A stretch of DNA of 64,000 bases from Candidatus Eiseniibacteriota bacterium (GCA_963702435.1 CAVPCR010000001.1:1480435-1544434); one strand, 5' to 3'. Shown: positions 8,657 through 18,740, counted from the first letter of the stretch. The notes: generated from the sequence alone by a model not told the origin. Numbers and translations are program-made.

Positions 8657-8858
8657 GGCCGCCTCGATGATGCCCCATGGCGGCGGTGCCGGCCCTCTTC
8701 AGCTCGGCGGTTCGGTCCCCACTCGTCAGCTTCTTCCTACCCCCTCACCACCGGGGGCCGGCGCCGCGCCGCGCGGAGTCCGCACAACACGACCATTCCC
8801 CTCTTCGCCCGATCTTCCTTCTCCCTACACGTCCTCGGCGCTCCATCGGACCACAGAA
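8562..8858 (-). repeat. Gene-less cassette family B, copy 3 (first cassette after attI)
   Basis: Matches 6396-6692; homology ends at the GTT crossover at 8859. Confidence 0.85.
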
Positions 8859-8871
8859 CGCTTAGTATCTG
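8853..8871 (-). other. Putative attI site
   Basis: Top strand CAGATAC-TAAGC-GTTCTGT (degenerate L, 5-nt spacer, R); no attC palindrome upstream. Confidence 0.7.
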
Positions 8872-9177
8872 GCTTGGACAGCCCGCCAAGAGCTGCGGGA
8901 CGCTGGCGTCCATCCGGGCCGTGAGCACCCGGCCGCGGACCTGGCCGCTCATCGCGGCGCCGTCTCCGCTCCCGCCTCGCCGTCGACCTGGTCCACGGAT
9001 CGCGACCTGGATCGACTGCAAGGGACCGCGACGTATCCGGATAATGGTCGCCCCTCTCCACCTTCGCTGTCTATCAGGATAACGAGAGCTTTCGTGGACT
9101 CCCACGGGATCCCATGGGCCCGGTGCCCGAAGAACTGCTGCAGACTGCGCGCGACTCGCGCCTCAAGCGCCCCCCCC

Positions 9178-10263
9178 TCAATCCAGCGGGCTCCGCACGC
9201 CCCGCCCACCCCGGTTGAGCACATGGGTGTAGATCATCGTTGTTGCCACGTCCCGGTGCCCGAGGAGTTCCTGGATCGTCCGGATGTCGTAGCCGGCCGC
9301 GAGCAGGCAAGTCGCGAACGAGTGACGTAGCGCGTGACAGCTCGCCGGCTTGGGAATCCCCGCCCTCCGCACGGCTTCCTTGACTGCCCGCTGCAGCACC
9401 GATTCATGGAGATGGTGGCGGCGATACTCGCCCGTGTCCCGGTCCCGATACGGCCGGCTCGCCGGAAAGACCCACTGCCACGCCCATTCGCGAGCCGCGG
9501 CCGGATACTTGGTCGCGAGCGCGTCGGGCAGCTCGACGCTTCCCATCCCCTCCCGCAGGTCCGTGACGTGCCGTGCGCGCATCCGATCCAGGTGCGCAGC
9601 GAGCGGACCCCGCACCAAGCCGGGCAGCATCGTGACGCGGTCCTTTCGCCCTTTCCCGTCACGAACGAGGATCTCCTGCCGCGCGAAATCGACATCCTTG
9701 ACCCGGAGCCGGCAGCACTCCATGAGCCTGAGACCTGCTCCATAGAGAAGAGAGGCCATGATCCACGGCGTTCCCTGCAGATGGGAGAGGATCGCCAGCA
9801 CCTCCTCGCGCGTGAGCACGACGGGCAAGCGAACCGGCCGGCGCGGGCGGACGACTCCGTCCATCCAGGCGAGATCCCGCCCGAGCACCTCGCGATAGAG
9901 AAACAGGATCGCGCTCAGCGCCTGGTTCTGGGTCGAGGCGCTCACGCGGCGGCGCGTCGCCAGGTCGGCGAGGAAGGCGCGGATCTCGGCCTCGCCCATC
10001 TCGTCAGGGTGCCGCTTCTGGTGAAAGAAGATGTAACGCTTGATCCACCCGACGTATGCCTTCTCCGTGCGGGGGCTGTAATGTCGGGCCCGGATGGCGA
10101 TGCGCACCCGATCGAGGAGCCTGGGCTGGCGCCCTGGCGCGCCACCCGGTGCGGGCGCGGACCCTATCTCGGCAACCTGCGCCGCTCCGCCCGCGCATCG
10201 TCCTTCCGGCCGGGGCGGGGACGGCGCCGGCAGCATGGACCTGAGGGACCCCGTGGATCTCAT
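9178..10263 (-). CDS. intI: Integron integrase (start uncertain: 10263 or 10236)
   Basis: [50 protein letters not shown]; IntI insertion [25 protein letters not shown]. Confidence 0.97.
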   Translation of the reverse strand: MRSTGSLRSMLPAPSPPRPEGRCAGGAAQVAEIGSAPAPGGAPGRQPRLLDRVRIAIRARHYSPRTEKAYVGWIKRYIFFHQKRHPDEMGEAEIRAFLADLATRRRVSASTQNQALSAILFLYREVLGRDLAWMDGVVRPRRPVRLPVVLTREEVLAILSHLQGTPWIMASLLYGAGLRLMECCRLRVKDVDFARQEILVRDGKGRKDRVTMLPGLVRGPLAAHLDRMRARHVTDLREGMGSVELPDALATKYPAAAREWAWQWVFPASRPYRDRDTGEYRRHHLHESVLQRAVKEAVRRAGIPKPASCHALRHSFATCLLAAGYDIRTIQELLGHRDVATTMIYTHVLNRGGRGVRSPLD

Positions 10264-10338
10264 GGCAGCACTCCTCGGGGTCCATGTCGTTCGACCGCGC
10301 TTCGCCCCGTCACCGGCGCCTTGCGCACCGGCTACCGG

Positions 10339-10350
10339 GCAGCTACCGCC
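10339..10350 (-). promoter_or_regulatory. ops-like element between the NusG paralogue and intI
   Basis: GGCGGTAGCTGC versus RfaH ops consensus GGCGGTAGnnTG. Confidence 0.35.
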
Positions 10351-10430
10351 CCTCGCCCTTCCCTGCCTCGCGGGGCGCTGGCCACACCGGGTGAGCCGCG
10401 GCGAGCGGCGGCCCAGGCCGGCGGTACCGC

Positions 10431-11291
10431 TCAGACCGCCCCGACGAAGCTCTGTCCGATCACTCGCCCGCGGCGCACCCGCCACGGCCTCCGGCCACCA
10501 TAAGATGCAGATGAACCATCGCCGTGCGACGGCGCACGATCCGCGGCCGCTCCCCCGACCGGCGCCCCGACCGGCGCCCCGACCGGCACCACCGTGTCGG
10601 CATCCACTTCGACCTCGGCGCTCCGGCCGAGCAACGTCACATTCAGCACGAGCCGAACCCGGTCCCGCCGCACGCCGGCGACCCGGCCCTCGACCCCGCA
10701 AAGCAAGCCGCTTGCCACGCGCACGCACATGCCGCGCGCGAGCGCGGGCCCCGCGGCGAGATCCACCCCCGCCGCGAGCGCCGCGCGGATCTGTTCGAGC
10801 TCCGCGAGGAGTGGAGCCGGGTTGAGGACCGCGATCATCCGCGCGATCGCCCCGCTCTCGAGGAGGAGATCCCGCAGCGACGGCGCGCAGCAGGCGAACA
10901 CGTAGCCGGGAAAGAGGGGTACGCGGGGATCGCCGCTCGGGGCCGGGCCGCGGCGAAGCCCGGCCAGCCCGGCCCGCATCCGGCGGCGCGGCGGGCGGAG
11001 GGGAAGGTAATGCCGGACGCCGAGGCGTGCGCAGGCGCGCGCGAGCTTCTTCTCGCATCGCGACCGCGTCTGGAGAACCCACCAGCCCTCGCCGGACGCC
11101 GGGGGGGCAAGGGGATCCGGAGCCGGCGATCCCGCGGGATCGCCGTCCGCCAACGCCGCGCAACCGGAGGCGGCCGGCCGGGTCGCGTCACGAGCCCCAT
11201 CGTCCGGGGGGCCGCAGACGTGCTGCCCCGCCTCGCCGACGAGCGGCGCAGCCACATCACCCTGGAGGGTTGACGGGGGCGAGGGCTCCAT
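10431..11291 (-). CDS. NusG-paralogue transcription antiterminator (NGN + KOW; RfaH/UpxY/LoaP-like)
   Basis: [61 protein letters not shown]. Confidence 0.88.
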   Translation of the reverse strand: MEPSPPSTLQGDVAAPLVGEAGQHVCGPPDDGARDATRPAASGCAALADGDPAGSPAPDPLAPPASGEGWWVLQTRSRCEKKLARACARLGVRHYLPLRPPRRRMRAGLAGLRRGPAPSGDPRVPLFPGYVFACCAPSLRDLLLESGAIARMIAVLNPAPLLAELEQIRAALAAGVDLAAGPALARGMCVRVASGLLCGVEGRVAGVRRDRVRLVLNVTLLGRSAEVEVDADTVVPVGAPVGAPVGGAAADRAPSHGDGSSASYGGRRPWRVRRGRVIGQSFVGAV

Positions 11292-11427
11292 CCCGGACCT
11301 CGAGCTGGCTCGTCGGGTATCCACCGGCGGGGCGCGTGTCCCGCGAGGAACGAACTTCGAAGATACCCGCCGCACCGGCCTCCCGCAAGCCGGGATGCGT
11401 GCGATCGACAGAATGCGACTCGAGGAA

Positions 11428-11499
11428 GCTGGGGTTGTCGCTGGGCTTGTCGCTGGGGTTGTCGCTGGGGTTGTCGCCGGATTTGTCGCTGGGGTTGCC
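11428..11499. repeat. 12-bp tandem repeat x6 (GCTGGGGTTGTC)
   Basis: Directly visible in the tag-NusG intergenic region. Confidence 0.85.
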
Positions 11500-11512
11500 G
11501 ACGGGCTGCCGA

Positions 11513-12160
11513 CTACAACGGCTCGTCACCGCGCCGGCGGCCGCCAGTCCTCCTGCGCCGCCCGACCTGTCCGTGTCGAAAGCAATCGACCGTGTGGTCG
11601 TTCACCATGCCGACCGCCTGCATGAGGGCGTAGCAGATCGTCGGGCCCACGAACTTGAAGCCGCGACGCAGGAGATCGCGGCTCAGGGCGTCGGACTCGG
11701 GTGTCCGCGCCGGCACCTCGCGGAGCGTGCGCCGGCGATTCACGCGCGGCGCTCCCCCCACGAAGCTCCACAGATAGGCGTCGAAGCTCCCGAACTCGCG
11801 CTGCACGGCGAGGACGGCCCTCGCGTTGCGCACCGTGCTCTCGACCTTGAGGCGGTTGCGAACGATGCCGTCATCCCGGAGCAGGCGCTCGACTCGCGCC
11901 GGCGTGAAGCGCGCCACCCGCTCCGGATCGAAGCCGGCGAACGCGTCGCGATAGGCCTCACGCTTCTTGAGGATCGTCTCCCAGCTCAGACCCGCCTGGG
12001 CGCCCTCCAGGGTGAGGAACTCGAAGAGCACCCGGTCGTCGTGGACCGGCACGCCCCACTCGCGATCGTGATACATGATGCCGAGCGGTGTTCGCGCCCA
12101 GCCGCAACGAATCTGCGCGCTTTCGTCGCCGCGCCCTCGCTTCGCGCTCGAACCGACCAC
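11513..12160 (-). CDS. tag: DNA-3-methyladenine glycosylase I
   Basis: RCGWA, YHDREWGVP, LEGAQAGLSW, IVRNRLKV, GFKFVGPT, NDHTVDC. Confidence 0.95.
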   Translation of the reverse strand: MVGSSAKRGRGDESAQIRCGWARTPLGIMYHDREWGVPVHDDRVLFEFLTLEGAQAGLSWETILKKREAYRDAFAGFDPERVARFTPARVERLLRDDGIVRNRLKVESTVRNARAVLAVQREFGSFDAYLWSFVGGAPRVNRRRTLREVPARTPESDALSRDLLRRGFKFVGPTICYALMQAVGMVNDHTVDCFRHGQVGRRRRTGGRRRGDEPL

Positions 12161-12181
12161 CTGCTGCTCCGTTGCGCCCGG

Positions 12182-12655
12182 TCAGGGCGCGCTCTTGTCG
12201 AGGGACAGGAACATGAACACGCTGCTGCCATTCTCGCTGTAGGATCCGAAGGGTCCGCACGGCTTGAACCCGGCGCTCCGGTACAGAGCGTGCGCGGGCC
12301 GGAACGCGGGATGCCGGCCGGTCTCGAGGTAGAGCCTCCGATACCCGCGGGACCGGGCGACCTCGATGATGTGATTCAGGAGCGCCCGGCCGGCACCGGT
12401 CCTGCGCAGCGCGCTCGGCGTGCGCATGGACTTGATCTCCCCCGCCGCCGGTGAAAGCTCCTTCAAGGCTGCGCAGCCCAGGAGCGTGCCGTCGCTCCAG
12501 GCCGTCCAGAAGGTGATGCCCGGCGTCCTGAGCTGGCCTGCATCGAAGGCGAAGACCTGGTCGGGCGGCGTGATCTCGTACATGTTCCGCAGGTGCTCTT
12601 CGAGAAGCGCCAGCACCTCGGGTCGCGACAGATCGTCCACTTCTATCCTGAGCAT
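12182..12655 (-). CDS. GNAT N-acetyltransferase
   Basis: GEIKSMRT, RRTGAG, LYLETG, ALYRSAGF. Confidence 0.9.
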   Translation of the reverse strand: MLRIEVDDLSRPEVLALLEEHLRNMYEITPPDQVFAFDAGQLRTPGITFWTAWSDGTLLGCAALKELSPAAGEIKSMRTPSALRRTGAGRALLNHIIEVARSRGYRRLYLETGRHPAFRPAHALYRSAGFKPCGPFGSYSENGSSVFMFLSLDKSAP

Positions 12656-12745
12656 GGTGGACTTCCGCCCCCGCTGCTGCGCGCGCGTTCTCGACGATGA
12701 CGAGCCGGGCGAGCGGGGTCACGAAGCCCGTCCTCCCGGCGCGGT

Positions 12746-13354
12746 CTACGGCATGTCGACCGCGACCCCGACCTCGAAATCGATCCACGACTGGCTCGGC
12801 GCATCGCCCGCTTCGAGGACGTAGTTGTAGCGCACGTTGAATACGCCGCGCGTGTAGTAATCGGCGAACGGGAGATGGACGCCCACTTCCGGCGCGAAGC
12901 CGAAGTGCCAGTTGTCCTCATCGGCGGCCAGGTAGCTGATGTTCAGCTTCCGATCGACGAAGTAGGTGCCGGCACCCATGCCCATGTAGAACCGCATGTA
13001 CCCGGCTTCCGCCGGCATCGGGTAGTAGCGGAACATGGCCAGGATCGGGACCGCGTTCGTGTAGCGGAACTGGTCCCCCGAGATGTCGACGTTGTCGATC
13101 GAGAAGAGCTCGTCGGTCTGTTCCCAGAACGAGTTGAACCCGAAGCCCGCACCGGCGGACACCTTGGGATTCACCATCCAGTGCCATTCGAGTCCCAGAC
13201 CGCGAAAGCTGAAGTCCCCGGTGAAATCGCTCGTGTTCGGGAGCGGCGCCGACATCCGGTAGTCGATGACCCAGTACTTGTCGTTGGCCCGGGCTTCGCC
13301 GCCGAAGGCCGCGATGGCGAGCAGCACCCCCGCAACTGCCATCCAGATCCGCAT
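12746..13354 (-). CDS. Outer-membrane beta-barrel protein
   Basis: Signal peptide, alternating aromatic beta strands, FGFAPEVGV. Confidence 0.75.
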   Translation of the reverse strand: MRIWMAVAGVLLAIAAFGGEARANDKYWVIDYRMSAPLPNTSDFTGDFSFRGLGLEWHWMVNPKVSAGAGFGFNSFWEQTDELFSIDNVDISGDQFRYTNAVPILAMFRYYPMPAEAGYMRFYMGMGAGTYFVDRKLNISYLAADEDNWHFGFAPEVGVHLPFADYYTRGVFNVRYNYVLEAGDAPSQSWIDFEVGVAVDMP

Positions 13355-13386
13355 CGCTCCTCCCCTCCGTGGCGTCGTGGATGCGC

Positions 13387-14052
13387 TCATTGCACGTTCC
13401 CGGTTCTTAGCCTGAGATAGGTCGACTGGTCGAAGGACCGATCGATGACCTCCCGGATGCGTGCCGTGCTCGTGGCGCCATCGAGCAGCCCGCTGCCGAT
13501 GGCCGACCAGATCATCGGAATCGTCCCGGACTCCGGATCGCGGTGCTTCAGGTCGAACATGTTGAGAACGAGAGTCCCGGCCGTGAAGTTCACCGTATCG
13601 TAGCCCGGGTACCAGCCCCAACCCCCGCAGCCATACCCGTACCAGCCGTACCATTCGCACCACGGATCGTAGTACCAGACGGTGTAGTCGATCGTGGCGT
13701 ACGAGCAGGTCACGACCACATCGGGTGGGTTCTCCTCGCTGGGATTCTGCGCCTCGACATAACCGAGGGCTTCCATGTTGCTGCGCGCGGACTCGAGAGT
13801 CTGGTCGTACAGGTCATCGTCCAGCGTCGACGGCGTTCCCGGCTCGGCGGCCAGGTCGACGACCGTGTCCGCCACCGCGTAGGTGCGCAGGCTCTGGAAG
13901 TCGGCTTCCTCGTCGTGGACCGTGGCCACGATGTCGCTCCGGCTCAGGTCCTCCACATCACCCGGGTAGCAGCCGGCGACGAGCGCCAGCGCGACGGCGG
14001 CGAGGAGGCCAAACCCGGGACTTCTCGCCCCCCTCGGCGAAACGATGTACAT
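13387..14052 (-). CDS. DUF4136-like lipoprotein
   Basis: Lipobox LVAGC, DFQSLRTY, YGWYGYG, GTLVLNMFD; RBS AAGGAGGAG. Confidence 0.75.
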   Translation of the reverse strand: MYIVSPRGARSPGFGLLAAVALALVAGCYPGDVEDLSRSDIVATVHDEEADFQSLRTYAVADTVVDLAAEPGTPSTLDDDLYDQTLESARSNMEALGYVEAQNPSEENPPDVVVTCSYATIDYTVWYYDPWCEWYGWYGYGCGGWGWYPGYDTVNFTAGTLVLNMFDLKHRDPESGTIPMIWSAIGSGLLDGATSTARIREVIDRSFDQSTYLRLRTGNVQ

Positions 14053-14192
14053 GAAGCTCCTCCTTCCTTGGCGCGCCGGGCGGCCGGGCTCGACGAGCAG
14101 CAGCGCACCGCGCAAAACGCGGGGAGTGTGGGTTACGCTTGCGCCGGAAGTCAAGGCAGCGCATCGCCCCGGCGCCCACTACCCGCGCGCGG

Positions 14193-14978
14193 CTAGTATC
14201 CGATGAGGACGACATCTCCTCCGCCCGTCGCCAGGCGAATCTCCCCGGCGCCTGCACCGAGGATGCCGGTCAGCGAGCCCGAACTTTGCACCACGTTGGT
14301 GAGCGAGAGGTTGATGACCGTGACGTTGCCGGCGCCGGTCAACAGGGAAACCCGCGCCGAGGCGAGACTCTGCACTTGCAGGGCAATGCGGCCTTCGTCC
14401 GCGGTGGCGATGCATTCGCCGCCGGTCGGCAGCCACAAGTGGATCGAGATGTCCCCGCTGATCGTGTCGATGCGGCAGCTCCCGGTATGCTCGTTGACCG
14501 TGACCGGCCCCCCGCTCCAGATCTCGAGATCGGACTGCAGGTAGGAGACGCGCGCTTCGCCGGCGACCCAGAGCAGGCAGCCCTTCCGGGCCGGGATGCC
14601 GAGCGTGAGCTGAGCGGAGTAGAAGCGCCCCTCGGTATCCAGCGGAGCGTCGACCAGGACGCCGAGCGTGTCGGGGGGGATGGCCATGTCGAGCAGCCTG
14701 ATGAAGGTCAGGGCCGCGCGCGCCGCGTCCGGGGTGGGGGCGGTCACCGACTTGTCGAGAACCCAGCGCATGAGCGGGCCGACGTTCTCACCGTTGACGA
14801 TGAGGGGACCGATCGGATTGACGGCGAGAACCGCGGTCTGCGTGGTGAGAGTGATGTTGCCCTGGTCCCGGCCGGTCGCGGTCGCGGGGGGCTGGGTCGA
14901 TGAATCGCCGCAAGCGAACGCGGAGAGAAGGAGCGTGGCCGCCAGCGGCGCGGCGCAGCGAGAGGCGGACCGGTTCAT
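14193..14978 (-). CDS. Lipoprotein with DUF4097-like beta-strand repeats
   Basis: Lipobox AFAC; repeats such as IDTISGDISI, LLTGAGNVTV, LATGGGDVVL. Confidence 0.65.
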   Translation of the reverse strand: MNRSASRCAAPLAATLLLSAFACGDSSTQPPATATGRDQGNITLTTQTAVLAVNPIGPLIVNGENVGPLMRWVLDKSVTAPTPDAARAALTFIRLLDMAIPPDTLGVLVDAPLDTEGRFYSAQLTLGIPARKGCLLWVAGEARVSYLQSDLEIWSGGPVTVNEHTGSCRIDTISGDISIHLWLPTGGECIATADEGRIALQVQSLASARVSLLTGAGNVTVINLSLTNVVQSSGSLTGILGAGAGEIRLATGGGDVVLIGY

Positions 14979-15021
14979 GGTCCCTCCGGCACAGGCGTGG
15001 CGCGTGTTATGAACTCCCTCT

Positions 15022-16246
15022 TCACAAGCGGGCGCGGAACGCCCGCGCGTAGCCGGTGAGCTCGACGAAGCCGCGCCCGGCTGAGCGGCGCGCCGGCGCG
15101 CATGCCGCGGACGTTCACCGCACCTTCCCAGTAGGTGACACCGGTCGATTCACGCGTCACGAGCTCCTGGTCGGCAAGCCGCGGCTCGATCGTGAGATCG
15201 AGCGCCGCTCCCGGCACCGCGACCCGCCAGCGCGCAGGATACACGGCTCCGCTCGCCGGGCTTCGCCAGTCGCCCGCGACGACCACCGAGAACGCGTCCC
15301 GCGCGAGCGGTGTGACGCGTCCGCTCCGATCGATGAGGCTCCCGCTCGAGGCCGGCGCCGGCGTTCCATCGGCACGGCGGAGGAGATAGAGCATGAGCTC
15401 GGTGCCGTCGTCGAGTTGGAGGCCGAACCAGTCCCAGCCGACGAGATCGGCGGCGAGCTCGCCGGTCGTGAATTCGTGGTCCATCCACGCTTCGCCGCGC
15501 ACGCGCACCGCGCGCTCCCCGACGCGCACGCTTCCAGTGGCCGACATGCGCGGGAGCGAGTAGTAGTAGGAAGCCTGGCCCGGCGCTTCGCCCTTCCGGC
15601 TGTATCCGGCCTTCCCATGCAGTGCGGGCGGCTTCGTGGGCACGAGGGTGAGATCGACGGCGTGCTCGTCGCGCTCCGCGGCGCGCAGGCGATGGCTGCC
15701 GTCCGCAGCGAGCTCGACCGACCAGTCGTCGATCCACGCGCGATAGGCGGCCGTGTCGGCGCCGGCGAGGCCCAGCGCGTCGCGCATCGTCCTCTCGGCG
15801 ACGTGGAAGCGGCGCGCGCCGAAATCGCCGAGCGCGAGATGGGCGAAGTAGATGTCGCGGAGCGCCCAGGCCGAGGAGCGCGGCGGGTCGGACCGGGCGA
15901 CCCCGCTCCGGAAGAAGGTGAGCTGGAAGCCGAGATCGGCCGGCCTCTCCGGGCCGGGCGCCGCGCCCGGCGAGTCGCCCGCGGCGCCGGTCGAGTCGCC
16001 GGCGATCCACAGGTGCCCGGTGTAGTACCACCACTCGGTGCGATAGGCGGGGTGCGCGGCGTGGTCGGCGGGGAAACGGAGGTCGAGTCCGGGCTCGACG
16101 GCGCGAAACGACGAGCCGGCGGGCACGTCCGGCGGCGCGTCCGGTGGCGCGTCCGGTGGCACGTCCGGCGGCGCGTCAGGCGACGCCTCAGCAGCAAACT
16201 GCGCCCAACAGCAGAATATCACGACGACCGCGGACAGCCTCCGCAT
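15022..16246 (-). CDS. Lipocalin-like AttH/CrtC-family protein, +1 frameshift near 15080
   Basis: FPADHAAHP, TEWWYYTG, SYYYS, WMDHEF, GWDWF, YWEG; corrected end GRGFVELTGY. Confidence 0.85.
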
Positions 16247-16340
16247 GGTGTGATCCTTGCTCCAGAAAAGCGGAACCCGCGATCCGCCTGATCGCGGATC
16301 GCGGGCTCCTCGTGCTGCCGGCGCGCCGCGCCGCGCGCGA

Positions 16341-17051
16341 CTACTTGACCTCGATCGTGACCTTCTCCATCACGAGCTTCTCGCTCGTCTGGCCGCCCGT
16401 CGATCCGGCCTTCTCGAGCGCAACGAGCGTCTCCTTGCCCTCGACCACCTCGCCGAAGATCGTGTGCTTGCCGTCGAGCCACGGCGTGGCCTTGAAGGTC
16501 AGGAAGAACTGGCTGCCGTCGGTTCCGGCGCCGGCGTTGGCCATCGAGAGCAGACCCGGCTTGTCGTGCTTGACGCTCGGGTCGAACTCGCCGCCGTACT
16601 TGTAGCCGGGGCCGCCGGTGCCCGTCCCGAGCGGGCAGCCGCCCTGGGCCATGAAGCCGGTGATGACGCGATGGAAGCCGAGACCGTCGTAGAAGCCGAG
16701 CTTCGTCAGATAGATGAAGCTCGTCACGTGCATGGGGGCGACCTTCGGCATGAACTTGATGAGGATCGGACCCTTGTTGGTCGTCATGCGCGCGTAATAG
16801 GTGTGCTCGGGATCGAAAGTCGCGACCTCGGGCTTGGGCACGACCGTGCGCCAGTTCGCGTCGGACTTGTTCACGTTCGCCTTCACAATCATCTCGTCGA
16901 TCTGCGTCATCGCCTTGTCCTTCGTGGTGGCGCCCGCGCTGGCCGCCGGCTTTGCCGCCTCGGTCGACGGCTTCTCATCACCGGCCGCGACCGGCCCGGC
17001 GACGAGGAGGACACAAAGGGCTAGCGTGCTCATCAGGGGCATTGTCCGCAT
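16341..17051 (-). CDS. Cyclophilin-type peptidyl-prolyl isomerase, exported
   Basis: FYDGLGFHRVITGFMAQGG, LSMANAG, GSQFF, WLDGKHTIFG. Confidence 0.95.
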   Translation of the reverse strand: MRTMPLMSTLALCVLLVAGPVAAGDEKPSTEAAKPAASAGATTKDKAMTQIDEMIVKANVNKSDANWRTVVPKPEVATFDPEHTYYARMTTNKGPILIKFMPKVAPMHVTSFIYLTKLGFYDGLGFHRVITGFMAQGGCPLGTGTGGPGYKYGGEFDPSVKHDKPGLLSMANAGAGTDGSQFFLTFKATPWLDGKHTIFGEVVEGKETLVALEKAGSTGGQTSEKLVMEKVTIEVK

Positions 17052-17202
17052 CTTGTTCAAACCTCTTCGATTACGTTCGATTACGGGTCCAGGCGCCGGG
17101 CTCCAAGGGAGGGCGGAACGGGGGCCTGCCGGCGCAGCGGTCGGGGATGATACCACGCTCGGGGCGGCCGGGTTTCCGGGCGCGGAGCTCCCGGGGGCCG
17201 CC

Positions 17203-18527
17203 TCAGCGCCCGCCCTGGAGGCCGCGGGCCTTGATCCCGCCCCAGGTGGCCGGGGCCACCGCGCTCGGGCAGTCGGTCGCCGGGAGGGCGCCGATCAAGC
17301 CGCACGCTCCCGACTGCGGCGGCGCGCAGGGCGAAGCGGCGTTCAGGTGGTAATCGTTCACCGGGCGATTGCAGAAGAGCGGGTCGGCCGACAGGTTGCC
17401 CGCCGCCCCGGCCTGGCTCGCGATGCACCCCGTCCAGTCGCCGCCCGCGTTGCCGAACAGGTTCGAGCAGCTGAGGGTCGCCGTCGCGCTCGGATCGGCG
17501 CAGGTGACTGCCTCCCCCGGATCGTTGAAGGCGATGATCGTGTTCGTGATGGTCGCATCGACGTCGCCGTCGATGACAAGGCCGGCGGAAGGATTGCCGG
17601 CGATCGTGCAGTTGGCGAGCGCGAGCGTCGCCGTGTGACCGATGCTCGCGCGGAGGATGATCGCGCCGACCGAGTTGCCATGGAAGAAGACAGCGATTCA
17701 GGGTGGTGCGCGCCTCGTTGGATGCGATCAGGCCGCCGCCGGAGGAGGTCGCCGTGTTGTTGGCGAGGATGCAGTCGTTGAGCGTCACCTGACCGTCGCG
17801 AGCGAGGACTCCGCCACCCGATCCGGCGAAGTTCTCGGTGAAGGCGCAGTCGTTGAATGTCACCTGGGTATCCGCCCCGATGCACATGACCGCTCCTCCC
17901 TGGACCAGGGCGATGTTCTGCGAGAAGATGCAGAGGACAAACGTCGTCTCGCACCCCGTCGCAGACCACACCCGCACCCTGCTGGCTCGCCGAGTTGCCG
18001 GTGACGGTGCACTCGCGCAACGCCGGCGCCGCTCCGCTGCTGCTGAGGAGCGCGAGTCCACCGCCGATGCTCGCGGTATTCGTATCGAAGATGCAGCGAA
18101 GGATGGACGGTGCGGATTCGTCGCAGAGGATGGCGCCGCCCCAGAACTCGGTCCCGAACCCGACCGTCTTCCCGTTCCTGATCGTGAAACCGTCGACGAC
18201 AGCGGCGTTGGTCTCGCCTGTGTGGAAGCGGATGGCGCGACCTGCCTCCTGGCAGTCGATGATGGTGGTCAATGCTCCGGCTTCCGAGCGGAGGACGAGG
18301 TCCTTGCCCGCGAAGTCGAGATCGCGATTGTCGGGGCCCGAGTAGGTCCCGGGAGCGACGAGCACCGTGTCACCTGATGCCGCGGCGGCGATGCCGGCGG
18401 AGAGCGTCGGCTGATCGGCGGGCACGCGGACCGTGAGGGCAAAGGCCGGCGCGGCGAGGACGCCGAACGCCGTGGCGAGGACCAGCCGGACGAAAGCCGG
18501 CGACGGGCGAAGGGCGTGCGGGGTCAT
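17203..18527 (-). CDS. Secreted right-handed beta-helix repeat protein; two frameshifts (~17955, ~17688)
   Basis: Signal peptide, GDTVLVAPGTY, FxxN/GGG repeats, C-terminal ATWGGIKA. Confidence 0.75.
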
Positions 18528-18740
18528 GGACCAGCTCCTTCGGCTTGGGGTGTACGGGCGGAGGCTCGCTCCGCGGCGGGAGAATGCCGGAGCGGCGACC
18601 GGGATGCAACTTGCGACGCGCGGCCGCCCGTCCTCCCCGCTTGCCACGGCCCCGGAGCTGTCACATCCTCGGGGCGGGCGGTGTTGTTCCTGCGAACGGG
18701 GCGAGGCGCGGCGGCCCGCCGGGCCGCCCTTCTTCCACCC

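Larger units (their letters stand above)
1..10263 (-). mobile_element. Integron: intI, attI and a cassette array (16 complete cassettes plus one partial; continues beyond window start)
   Basis: IntI gene with the integron-specific insertion; 16 attC palindromes spaced one per cassette; all cassette genes on minus strand. Confidence 0.95.

Noticed and set aside
153..8860. CRISPR array
   Set aside because: Repeats are 60-108-bp attC palindromes separated by genes or ~200-bp repeated bodies; no cas genes in the window.
10264..11163. 661-aa IntI with a long N-terminal extension
   Set aside because: The extension is a shadow frame overlapping the NusG gene; IntI similarity starts near RLLDRVR.
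16120..16190. 12-bp repeats as a DNA element
   Set aside because: They encode a PPDA/PPDV linker after the signal peptide of the lipocalin-like protein.
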